Part shown: one piece after another, positions 18,465 to 27,501 of the stretch
Numbering within the stretch: position 1 is the stretch's first letter
How the letters are laid out: the number at the start of each line of letters is the position of its first letter
DNA from: an uncultured Bacteroidales bacterium
GTDB taxonomy: Bacteria > Bacteroidota > Bacteroidia > Bacteroidales > UBA3663
Reading direction: 5' to 3'
DNA: 63,946 nucleotides
Assembly (NCBI GenBank): GCA_902779265.1
Contig: CACZAY010000006.1
Span: 1-63,946, forward strand
The notes under the pieces: model-generated
What the model was told of the DNA's origin: nothing
The model's input: the letters and a program-made list of their open reading frames with translations, nothing else
Databases searched by the model: none
Made by a program: the position numbers and the translations under genes

Positions 18465-21400
18465 TCACCGCATCATCGTCTGCAAGGCCTGGACGCCCTG
18501 GTGGTTGATGTCGAGCGCCTGCAGTTCGGCGAGGAACCGTGCGGCCTTGTCACATTGGCCAAGACCCAGATAACCCAGTGCCAGCATGTACTTGCAGTGG
18601 ATCACATTCTTGCGGTCGAGCGAGTCGTCCCAGATGAGCAGGTCCGGCAGCGAGACGGCGAAGTAGTCCATCGTCTGGTGCTCAAAGAGATGCTGCTTGC
18701 CGTAGTTGAGCAGCTTGTAGAACTTGCCATGAGCCGCAGCCGTATTGCCCAGCTTCTGGAGCGCGAGGCCCTGATAGAAAATCTTGTCGGGCTTGGCGTC
18801 GTTGTAATACATCGCGGCAGCAGGCTCCAGATTGCCCTCGGCAGCCTTTTCCCAGCACTCGCGGGCCTTGTCGCGGTCGCCTCGAGCGTCGTAGGCACAT
18901 CCCAGGAAGTAGTAGAAATCCTGCTCCTGCGCACCGTAGAGTTTGCCCTCGCCCAGGTGTTCCGGATATTCCAGACATTGGCCGAGCAGGATGATCGCCT
19001 TGTCAAGCTGCGCGCCCTGCGGATGCGCTGAGTTGAGAATCTCCTTGGCCAATTCCACACGGCTGAACTGATACTGCGCGGGCACCTTTCCCTCGCCGCC
19101 TTCCCACGGATGGAACTGGTGGGCATCGAGCTTGGCCAATGCCTCTTCGTAGCGGCCCAGCTGGTTGAGCAGGGTGATCTCTTCGAGCACGAGGTCATCA
19201 CGTTGGCCAATGAGCTTCGGATAACGCTGGAGGAACGCAAGCCGCTCGGCATGAGGCTTCTGCAGACGCTTGTACAGCTGGTCGAGCTCCATCAGGATGC
19301 GGCTGTCCGACTCGTCGAGATGGAAGGCACGCTCCATACATTCGAGCGCCTCCTGTTCGCGGCCCTGCTTGTTGAAGCGGGCCAGGGCGAGGTTGCGCCA
19401 CACGGTCGGGAATCCGGCGTTGAGTGCGGCCGACAGTTCCCAGTTCTCGATGGCGAGGTCATACTGCCGCTTGTCGTAGTAGAGACAGCCCAACAGATAG
19501 GCCGCCTTGCTCCTCACCATCTCATTGTCAGCGAGTTTCGCACGGTTGAGCGCGACGACATCCTCCAGCCGGTTGGGGAAACACAGCTCGACCGACACCT
19601 CCTCCGCCCGGGCATAGTCGCCCATGTAGAAGTAGGTCATGGCCGATGTCGCGTGCTCGCCCTCGGCAATCGCCCAGATGGCCGATGCCTCCTGCCACAA
19701 TCCGGCCTGCACATAGTCGAGGGCCAGTTCGTCGTAGTTGGCCGATGACTGGCGCATCAGCCGCTTGAGCTCGTCGAGCGAGGCCGTGTCATTGGCCAAC
19801 AGATACTGCTCGTAGCGGCAGCCATAGTTGAAGCGGTCGATGGCGAGCGATTCGGTGATCCAGGCCAATGCCTCGTCGCGGCGGCCCAGCTTGCGCAAGA
19901 CGGTGGCGTGCAGGGCACGGGCCTTGTGGTTGTGGCTGTTGGCGATGAGGGCGCGGTCCAGCTCATCGAGGGCGTCATCAAGACGGCCGTCACCCAGGCT
20001 GATGCAGGCGGCCTCCAGATAGGCGGCATCGGCCCAGCCCTTGTTCCACGTGGCCTTCCAGAACAGCTCGTATGCCTCCGTGTATTTGCTGCTTGCACAT
20101 GGGCCGTTTTCACCCTTCTCGTTCAAGGCCTGGAATTTCAGGGCCAATGCGAGGTTGAAGATCGGCTCGCCGTCATAGGGGTTCGGGTTGCGCTTCTGCC
20201 AGACCTTCACCGCGCGGCGCAGGTAGGTCTCGGCCTTGTCGAAGCGGCCTCGGCGCAGGTACCACAGGCCCATCTGGTTCAGGCAGCGCACGTCGTTCGG
20301 GTCGCGGCGCAGGGCCTCCTCGTAATAGTCGAGGGCCGACCATGTGGCGTGGCGGTACTGCTCCAGGTGCAGGCCGGTGAGGTAGAGCTGGTCGTTGGTC
20401 TTGGTGTCCGATGGTGGCAGTGCGGCCTCGGCGGCGTCGGGGATAGGACGGATTTCGTCGGGTTCGGCGTGCCAGGCGAGACGTTCGCCCACATGGAGCG
20501 TCAGCCCGTCAAGCGGCGTGCCGGCCACGTCAATCTCCTGTTCGAAGACGGCCTCGGGCGAGAGGGCAACGACCTGATTGTAATATTCTTGGCCAATGTC
20601 GCTGCGGAGCACGATGCGCGCCTCACGCTTGCTGGTGGCGAGCACCTTGACGAGCGCCTTGCCATTGGCCATAATCTCAATATTGACGATGAAGTCGCGT
20701 GAGGCCTGCTTGACGACACCCAACTCGCGGTAGGGCATGAAATATTGCGTGAACTGCTTCTCCTCGTAGGGCATGAGCCACGTGAAGTCGGGCTGGTTTT
20801 CGGTATAGACGCCGGCCATCAGCTCGATGTATGGGCGGAAACCCTCCTTCAACTGCCGGCTGATGGTCGCAAACTGGAAATCGTCTGCGCCATTGGCCAA
20901 AGCCCCATCTTCTATTTTGTCGGTGAGATTCCTGTCCCACGCGCGGCCGAAGTCGCCGTTGCCCCACGTCCACTGCTTCTTGCCGGGCGAGAAGTGATGT
21001 GAGGCGACGTGGAGCATTCCGCCCTTCGTGTCGTTCTCATATCCGCCCTCGAAGTCGTACTTGGAGTTGACCGCCATATACGACGTGGGCACCTTGATAT
21101 TCTTATAGTTGGAGATATCCACACCGGCGGAATAGTCCATCTTGTAGTAGGTGCCCGTCGCGATGGGGAACGAACTGACGGCGCGCTTGCCGTGGTCGAA
21201 GACGGCATTCACATCGGGCGGGAAGACGCTCTGGTAGGCGTCGTTGACCTCCACGGCAGGATTGGCCCACCAGAGGAACGTCTGTGGCATCGGGGTGCGG
21301 TTGTAGAGGCGCCCCTTGATTTCCAGATAGGCGCAGCCCGGACGCAGCGTGAAGCCCGCCATGCCCTTCTGGTGGAACATCCGCTCCATCTCGTTGACCC

Positions 21401-21830
21401 ACACCGTGACGCTGCCGTCGGCATTCTCTTCGATGTCGCAATCGACAGGGAGATAAGTTGATGGCCGATGGTGTTGTGGCCAATTGAACTCGATGCCGCC
21501 CGAAATCCATGGGCCGGTCAAGCCCACAAGAGCCGGCTTGATGACGTGGTTATAATAGACGAAATGACGTCGCTTGATCTTGTCATAGGCCATCTGGATG
21601 CGGCCGCCCAGTTCGGGCAGGATCATCACCTTGATGTATTCGTTTTCAAGCCACACGGCATGCCATTCCTTGTCCACCTTCTCGTCGCTGATCGACTCGA
21701 TGACAGGATAGGGATAGACCACGCCCGATGAACCCTGATAAACGCGCTTCTCCAGGAAAATGGGATTCTTCTCCGGCTTACCCACCTCATAAGTAGGTAT
21801 CGTCACTGTTTCTCTCCAAGCTTTTACCAT
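18465..21830 (-). CDS. DUF5107 domain protein with C-terminal TPR repeats
   Basis: N-terminus MVKAWRETVTIPTYEVGKPEKNPIFLEKRVYQGSSGVVYPYPVIE.. matches my memory of DUF5107. The C-terminal half has TPR-like helices. Confidence 0.8.
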   Translation of the reverse strand: MVKAWRETVTIPTYEVGKPEKNPIFLEKRVYQGSSGVVYPYPVIESISDEKVDKEWHAVWLENEYIKVMILPELGGRIQMAYDKIKRRHFVYYNHVIKPALVGLTGPWISGGIEFNWPQHHRPSTYLPVDCDIEENADGSVTVWVNEMERMFHQKGMAGFTLRPGCAYLEIKGRLYNRTPMPQTFLWWANPAVEVNDAYQSVFPPDVNAVFDHGKRAVSSFPIATGTYYKMDYSAGVDISNYKNIKVPTSYMAVNSKYDFEGGYENDTKGGMLHVASHHFSPGKKQWTWGNGDFGRAWDRNLTDKIEDGALANGADDFQFATISRQLKEGFRPYIELMAGVYTENQPDFTWLMPYEEKQFTQYFMPYRELGVVKQASRDFIVNIEIMANGKALVKVLATSKREARIVLRSDIGQEYYNQVVALSPEAVFEQEIDVAGTPLDGLTLHVGERLAWHAEPDEIRPIPDAAEAALPPSDTKTNDQLYLTGLHLEQYRHATWSALDYYEEALRRDPNDVRCLNQMGLWYLRRGRFDKAETYLRRAVKVWQKRNPNPYDGEPIFNLALALKFQALNEKGENGPCASSKYTEAYELFWKATWNKGWADAAYLEAACISLGDGRLDDALDELDRALIANSHNHKARALHATVLRKLGRRDEALAWITESLAIDRFNYGCRYEQYLLANDTASLDELKRLMRQSSANYDELALDYVQAGLWQEASAIWAIAEGEHATSAMTYFYMGDYARAEEVSVELCFPNRLEDVVALNRAKLADNEMVRSKAAYLLGCLYYDKRQYDLAIENWELSAALNAGFPTVWRNLALARFNKQGREQEALECMERAFHLDESDSRILMELDQLYKRLQKPHAERLAFLQRYPKLIGQRDDLVLEEITLLNQLGRYEEALAKLDAHQFHPWEGGEGKVPAQYQFSRVELAKEILNSAHPQGAQLDKAIILLGQCLEYPEHLGEGKLYGAQEQDFYYFLGCAYDARGDRDKARECWEKAAEGNLEPAAAMYYNDAKPDKIFYQGLALQKLGNTAAAHGKFYKLLNYGKQHLFEHQTMDYFAVSLPDLLIWDDSLDRKNVIHCKYMLALGYLGLGQCDKAARFLAELQALDINHQGVQALQTMMR

Positions 21831-22105
21831 AATTTGTAGTAGATTAGACTCCTCGTCCGACCTCCCCGACGGGAGGGGATGGAAGTTTTGAAATCACGGA
21901 GTAATATTTTTAATTCTATTCAAGTTTTGCGTTTTGAAGGAAAGTGAAAATTAAATGAATTGACAAAGAAGTGAAAGGTTCCTCGCAATACCTGCCCGAA
22001 GTTTTTCGGAACTTTCTGTATTGTCCCTTTTACTCCTTTTTTTCAGCCCTTCACTGCCTTCAATCGGAATAATATTTATCATTTAATATTTTGAAATCAA
22101 TCTGT

Positions 22106-23497
22106 TCATTTCTCGAACAGATTGGTTTCCAGCTCCTCCAGCGACTTGCCTTTCGTCTCCGGCAGGCGCAGGTAGAAGAACGTGAAGCCCAATGCGCAGA
22201 TGACGGCATAGACCCAGAACGTGCCACTGCTGCCCAACGTAGCGTTGAGCGTCGGGAACGAATAGGTCAGGGTCGTGCAGCCCGTCCACAGCGCGAAGGT
22301 GCAGGTCGCCATCGCCACGCCGCGCACACGGTTCGGGAAAATCTCCGAGAGCAGCACCCACGTCACCGGCCCGAGCGTCATGGCATAGCACGCAATGGCG
22401 GCCACCACCAGAACGACCATAAAGAAGCCCGTCACGCCGGCATAGTAGCACGCACCGAGCGTCAAGTAGATGATGCCCAATCCCCCGGCACCGAAGAGCA
22501 TCAGCGAACGGCGGCCCCAACGATCGACCACATAGAGCGCCACGACCGTGAAAATGACATTGGCCACACCCGTAATCACGATATTGAACAGCACGTCGCC
22601 CACGCTATAGCCGGCCGCGGCGAAAATCTCCTGCGCATAGTTGAAAATCACGTTCGTGCCGCACCACTGCTGGAAGACCGCCACGATGATGCCCAACGTC
22701 AGCACGGCCGCAAACCTCCGGCTGAAGAGCGCGCGCAGGCCGCCCTTGGTCTCTGTGTCATTGGCCAATGCCGTTGCGCGGATATTCGAAAGCTCAGCCT
22801 TGGCATACTCCTCACCGCCCACGCGGGTGAGCGTCTTCAGGGCCGATGTCTCCCTGCCGTTCAGTGCCTGCCAGCGCGGACTCTCGGGGATGAAGAAGGC
22901 CAGAATCAAAAAAAGCGCAGCGGGAACGGCCTCGGCCCAAAACATCCAGCGCCAACCCCTTTGTCCATTCCACGAATCCAGGATGTCACTGTTCGTGAAT
23001 GTTGCCGGAACCTCATCGGCCAACAGCCAGTTCACCACCTGTGCGCCTAATATACCTATCACAATCGTCATCTGATTGAGCGAAACCAACCGGCCGCGCA
23101 TGTCACTGGGCGAAATCTCGGCGATATACATGGGCGACAGGGCCGATGCCACGCCGATGCCGATACCGCCCACGAAACGCGCCACGTTGAACAGCGTAAA
23201 GTCGTTGAAACAGCCCGTAGCCACGGCCGACACCGTGAAGAGCACCGCCGCCGTAATCAGGAGCGGCTTACGTCCGTAGCGGTCGGCCAATGCACCGGCC
23301 ACCATCGCACCAATCAGACAGCCCACAAGAGCCGTGGACATCGCCACACCCTGCATCGCAGGCGACGTCTCGATGCCGAAAAAGAGCTCGTAGAACGGCT
23401 TGGCACCACCGATGACCACCCAGTCGTAGCCGAACAGCAGCCCACCCATGGCCGAAACCATGCAGATGAAGTATGTAAACTTGTGAATGTGTTCCAT
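22106..23497 (-). CDS. sugar porter family MFS transporter (xylose/arabinose:H+ symporter-like)
   Basis: ..GGLLFGYDWVVIGGA.., ..ADRYGRKP.., ..PESPRW.., ..VDRWGRR.. are sugar-porter signatures. The ATG at 23497 is preferred over the TTG at 23503. Confidence 0.85.
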   Translation of the reverse strand: MEHIHKFTYFICMVSAMGGLLFGYDWVVIGGAKPFYELFFGIETSPAMQGVAMSTALVGCLIGAMVAGALADRYGRKPLLITAAVLFTVSAVATGCFNDFTLFNVARFVGGIGIGVASALSPMYIAEISPSDMRGRLVSLNQMTIVIGILGAQVVNWLLADEVPATFTNSDILDSWNGQRGWRWMFWAEAVPAALFLILAFFIPESPRWQALNGRETSALKTLTRVGGEEYAKAELSNIRATALANDTETKGGLRALFSRRFAAVLTLGIIVAVFQQWCGTNVIFNYAQEIFAAAGYSVGDVLFNIVITGVANVIFTVVALYVVDRWGRRSLMLFGAGGLGIIYLTLGACYYAGVTGFFMVVLVVAAIACYAMTLGPVTWVLLSEIFPNRVRGVAMATCTFALWTGCTTLTYSFPTLNATLGSSGTFWVYAVICALGFTFFYLRLPETKGKSLEELETNLFEK

Positions 23498-23568
23498 AAT
23501 CAATATAAGGTTCTGTTATCCCGTTAAAGGCATTGGCCATAAAACCACACCCATAACTTTTTCGGGTG

Positions 23569-23576
23569 CAAAGGTA
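23569..23576 (-). promoter_or_regulatory. -7 promoter box (TAccTTTG) for the sugar porter
   Basis: The reverse complement of caaaggta matches TAnnTTTG, about 70 nt upstream of the start. Confidence 0.45.
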
Positions 23577-23873
23577 CGAGATTATTTTTTTGCAGAAAAT
23601 TATTATCGCACACAATAAGATGGACGATTTTACGTTATGGCCAATGATACCAGTGAAAAGGATATTACGGGAAGTGACAAAGATATTAAGAGAAGTGACA
23701 GGGACGTTTGCTCCGGCTGTCAACCCTTATTTCTTACTTCTTATTTCTTAACTCCCAAAGGCATCGTTCTTTTCACTCCTCTTCAATACTGAAAATGAAT
23801 TTCTTGGCTCTTCACACATAGAAAGGTATCGTCCCTTTCACTCCCCTTTCACTCCCTTTAAATACCTTTAATT

Positions 23874-24770
23874 ATGTATCGACAAAAAGATGGTTTTCGG
23901 GGCGAACGCTCCATCGTGTTGCCCCAGATGGTGGTCGAAGCCGAGCGCAACGACCCGTTGGTCTCCAGCCTCTACATCACGGACATCGGCTACTATCCAT
24001 TGGCCGAACACCACTACCGCCAGCGCCCCGAGGGCATCGAACAGCATGTGCTCATCTACTGCGTCGAGGGCACAGGCTGGTATCGCGTCGGCGACCGCGA
24101 GTTCAAGGTCTCGGCCAACCAATACTTCATCCTGCCTGCGCGCGTGCCCCATGCCTACGGCTGTGACGAGGGGATGCCGTGGACCATCTATTGGGTGCAT
24201 TTCATGGGCGCCCATGCCGACATCTACGCCCAGGGAGCCCTCCAGCCCCAGGACGTACGGCCGGGCCTCCACTCGCGCATCAGCGACCGCAACAACATCT
24301 TCGAACAGATCATGCAGACCCTCAGCCAGGGCTACAGCCGCGAGAGCCTGCGCTACGTCTCGTCCCTGCTGCACTATTATCTGGCCTCGATGCGCTACCT
24401 GCAGCAATACCGCGACGCCGAGCGGCCCGATGCCTCGGGCGACGACCTCGACGTCATCACGGCAGCCATCCACTACATGCACGAGAACATCGAACACGCG
24501 CTGTCGCTGCAGCAGATGGCCAACTACGTGGGCTACTCCTCGTCCCACTTCTCCGCCCTCTTCAAGTCGCGCATGGAGCAAAGTCCATTGGCCTACTTCA
24601 ACCGCCTGAAGGTCGAGAAGGCTTGCGAGATGCTCCGCACGACCGACATCAAGATCAACCAGCTCTGCTACAAGGTCGGCATCAGCGACAGCTACTACTT
24701 CTCCCGCCTTTTCACCAAGGTCATGGGCATCTCGCCGCGCGAATACCGCCTGCGCGAGCTGGAGGAGTGA
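23874..24770 (+). CDS. AraC family transcriptional regulator (cupin sensor + HTH)
   Basis: N-terminal cupin-like region ..VLIYCVEGTGWYRVGDREFKV.. and C-terminal ..SLQQMANYVGYSSSHFSALFK..LCYKVGISDSYYFSRLFTKVMGISPREYR. Confidence 0.85.
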   Translation: MYRQKDGFRGERSIVLPQMVVEAERNDPLVSSLYITDIGYYPLAEHHYRQRPEGIEQHVLIYCVEGTGWYRVGDREFKVSANQYFILPARVPHAYGCDEGMPWTIYWVHFMGAHADIYAQGALQPQDVRPGLHSRISDRNNIFEQIMQTLSQGYSRESLRYVSSLLHYYLASMRYLQQYRDAERPDASGDDLDVITAAIHYMHENIEHALSLQQMANYVGYSSSHFSALFKSRMEQSPLAYFNRLKVEKACEMLRTTDIKINQLCYKVGISDSYYFSRLFTKVMGISPREYRLRELEE

Positions 24771-24929
24771 GCGATGGTCATTGGCCGAAAAAAATAATTA
24801 TTTCGGTTTTGGCCGATGGCGCTACATCAGCCATTGTGCCCGAAGGCAAGGCCGGAAGATACGCCCCAAAGTGAAAAAGATCGTAAAATAATCATTTTTG
24901 AACAATTACTTAAACCATTTCACAACATT

Positions 24930-26546
24930 ATGAAACACAAGAATCTTATCCTCGTCGCCATCGCCGCGACCGCACAAATGGCATGGGCCATCGAACCCAA
25001 ACCGACAACCGACGTCCCCGTCCAGCAGGGCGCCTACGAAGCCTCGTGGGAAAGCCTCGCCCAGTGGGAATGCCCCGAGTGGTTCAAGGACGCCAAGTTC
25101 GGCATCTGGGCCCACTGGGGACCACAATGCCAGGCCGAAGACGGCGACTGGTACGCCCGCCACATGTATTTCCAGGGCAACAGCCAGAACAAGTGGCACG
25201 TCGCCCACTTCGGTGACCCGAAGGAATACGGCCTGAAGGAGCTCATCCGCGACTGGAAGGCCGAAGAGTGGAACCCCGAAGAACTCGTGGCCCTCTACAA
25301 GAGCGTCGGCGCACGCTACTTCTTCACCCTCGGCCAACACCACGACAACTTCGACCTCTGGAACTCCCCCTACCAGGAGTGGAACTCGGTCAACATCGGC
25401 CCCAAACGTGACATCGTCGGCGAGTGGGCCGCCGCCTGCCAGAAGTACGGCCTGCCACTCGGCATCTCCATGCACGGCAGCCACACCTGGACCTGGCTCG
25501 AACCGTCCCAGCCCTACGACGGCAACCTGACCCGCGAGGAGGGTGCCGGCCAATGGTGGGAGGGATTCGACCCGCAGGAGCTCTACGCCCAGCGTCACCC
25601 ACACAGCACCAACTGGAACCGCACCCGCGGAATCCACGACCAGTGGGGTTGGGCCAATGGCGCATCCCTGCCCGATGAGGCCTACAAGAAGAAGTTCCAG
25701 AACCGCGTGCTCCAGTGCATCAACGACTACCGGCCCGCCATGCTCTACTTCGACGACACGGTGCTGCCCTTCTACGGCTGCGACGACCAGATAGGCCTCA
25801 ACATCCTGCAGCACTACTACAACCGGAACATACAGGCCGATGGCTCCGCCCCCGTCGTCGTCATGGGCAAGATCCTGGAGGCCCAGCACAAACGCGCCAT
25901 GCTCTGGGACGTCGAACGCGGCGTGCCCGACCACATCCAGAAGGACTATTGGCAGACCTGCACCTGCATCGGCAATTGGCACTACAGCCAGGCTACCTAC
26001 AAGGGAGACCACTACAAGTCCGCCCAGCAGGTCATCTCCATGCTCATCGACATCGTGTCCAAGAACGGCAACCTCCTGCTGAACATCCCCGTGCGCGGCA
26101 ACGGCACCATCGACGACAAGGAGCGCGCCATCCTCGCCGACATCAAGGAGTGGATGGACCAGAACTCGTCCAGCATCTACGGCACCCGCCCGTGGAAGAC
26201 CTTCGGCGAGGGGCCATTGGCCGACAACACCAACCCGATGACCGCCCAGGGCTTCAACGAGAACATCGACTATTCGGCCAATGACGTGCGCTACGTCCAG
26301 CGGAACGACACGGTCTTCGCCACCATCATGCGCTGGCCTTCGGACGAGACCTTCACCTTCAAGGCCCTCGGCCAAGCCTCAGAATACTACAGCGGCAAGG
26401 TCGTGGGCGTCAACCTCCTGGGCCACGGCAAGGTCCCGTTCAAACAGACGCCCGACGGCCTTCAGGTCACCCTGCCCGACACGCCTGTAAACAAGATCGC
26501 GCCGGTCTTCTCCATCTCGTTCAAGACCAACAAAAAGAAACAATAA
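24930..26546 (+). CDS. alpha-L-fucosidase (GH29)
   Basis: Signal peptide MKHKNLILVAIAATAQMAWA, then ..WFKDAKFGIWAHWGPQ.. and ..YFFTLGQHHDNFDLWNS.. typical of GH29. Confidence 0.85.
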   Translation: MKHKNLILVAIAATAQMAWAIEPKPTTDVPVQQGAYEASWESLAQWECPEWFKDAKFGIWAHWGPQCQAEDGDWYARHMYFQGNSQNKWHVAHFGDPKEYGLKELIRDWKAEEWNPEELVALYKSVGARYFFTLGQHHDNFDLWNSPYQEWNSVNIGPKRDIVGEWAAACQKYGLPLGISMHGSHTWTWLEPSQPYDGNLTREEGAGQWWEGFDPQELYAQRHPHSTNWNRTRGIHDQWGWANGASLPDEAYKKKFQNRVLQCINDYRPAMLYFDDTVLPFYGCDDQIGLNILQHYYNRNIQADGSAPVVVMGKILEAQHKRAMLWDVERGVPDHIQKDYWQTCTCIGNWHYSQATYKGDHYKSAQQVISMLIDIVSKNGNLLLNIPVRGNGTIDDKERAILADIKEWMDQNSSSIYGTRPWKTFGEGPLADNTNPMTAQGFNENIDYSANDVRYVQRNDTVFATIMRWPSDETFTFKALGQASEYYSGKVVGVNLLGHGKVPFKQTPDGLQVTLPDTPVNKIAPVFSISFKTNKKKQ

Positions 26547-26728
26547 AGTAGCATTGGCCAAACTCTCCTCGACCATTGTCATATCGAGCGCAGCGAGACA
26601 TCTCTTGAGTTAGCTTGAGATTCTTCGCTGCGCTTATTATAATGTTTTGCCGAAACTCCTTAAAAAGTTTTTCCCGTTATAATTCTGCAAAAAATGGCAA
26701 AAAAGTTGCATTATATTAAAACATTTCA

Positions 26729-26736
26729 TATCTTTG
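26729..26736 (+). promoter_or_regulatory. -7 promoter box (TAtcTTTG) for the toxin-antitoxin pair
   Basis: tatctttg lies 22 nt upstream of the ATG at 26758. Confidence 0.5.
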
Positions 26737-26757
26737 CCACCAGAAAATGACTGACAG

Positions 26758-27102
26758 ATGAGAAAAATCATCACATACGGCGGATATTTTGAGGCATTTA
26801 TGGAGACTCTCTCTGTAAGTGAACAACGGAAGGTCGATTATGTCGTGTCGCTACTTGCCACACAAAATCGCCTGCCTACCAAATTCATCAAACACATAAA
26901 AGATGAGCTGTTTGAATTGAGAATAATGTGGGACAGCAACATCTACCGCGTGTTTTTCATTTTTGACGAAGGAAACATTGTTGTTCTGTTCAGCGGATTC
27001 CAGAAAAAGACGCAGAAGACACCCAAAACGGAAATTGAAAAAGCGATAAAGATAAAGGAGGCATATTATGCAGACAAACAATCATCAGATAAAGGACTAT
27101 AG
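26758..27102 (+). CDS. type II toxin, RelE/ParE superfamily (HigB / phage Gp49-like)
   Basis: ..KHIKDELFELRIMWDSNIYRVFFIFDEGNIVVLFSGFQKKTQKTP.. is the Gp49/HigB-like core. The toxin-first gene order fits a HigBA arrangement. Confidence 0.8.
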   Translation: MRKIITYGGYFEAFMETLSVSEQRKVDYVVSLLATQNRLPTKFIKHIKDELFELRIMWDSNIYRVFFIFDEGNIVVLFSGFQKKTQKTPKTEIEKAIKIKEAYYADKQSSDKGL

Positions 27103-27373
27103 TACCGAACTCGAACGGAAATATGGAGCTGTCGGCTCAAAAGAGCGTGAGCAGTTTGACGAAGAAGCCTGGAACTTCTACACCGGACAATTGTTACTTG
27201 AGGCCAGAAAGGAGTCGAAGGTGACACAAGAGGAATTGGCCCATCGAATCAACAGCAGCAAGTCATATATTTCCCGCATCGAGCATGGGCAGATTACCCC
27301 CAGCGTCGGGGTCTTCTACCGCATCATCAACGCATTGGGTATGCGCGTGGACATCGTTCACCCCATCGTGTGA
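27068..27373 (+). CDS. XRE-family HTH antitoxin (HigA-like)
   Basis: ..LLEARKESKVTQEELAHRINSSKSYISRIEHGQITPSVGVFYRIINALG.. is an XRE HTH. It overlaps the toxin gene by 35 nt. Confidence 0.8.
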   Translation: MQTNNHQIKDYSTELERKYGAVGSKEREQFDEEAWNFYTGQLLLEARKESKVTQEELAHRINSSKSYISRIEHGQITPSVGVFYRIINALGMRVDIVHPIV

Positions 27374-27501
27374 CAATTCAAATCCATTGGCCAAAAAACA
27401 AACTATAGTGATTATGGCCAATGTCTTTCCTCCTCCCCCAAAAAGCAAGCGAGCCCAGACGCAATGTCTGAGCTCGCAATTATTTATTGTCGTGCGATTC
27501 T

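Noticed and set aside
27068-27102. The 35-nt overlap between the toxin and antitoxin genes as a possible frameshift or fusion.
   Set aside because: Both ORFs are complete with their own starts and stops, and overlap is common in type II toxin-antitoxin operons.
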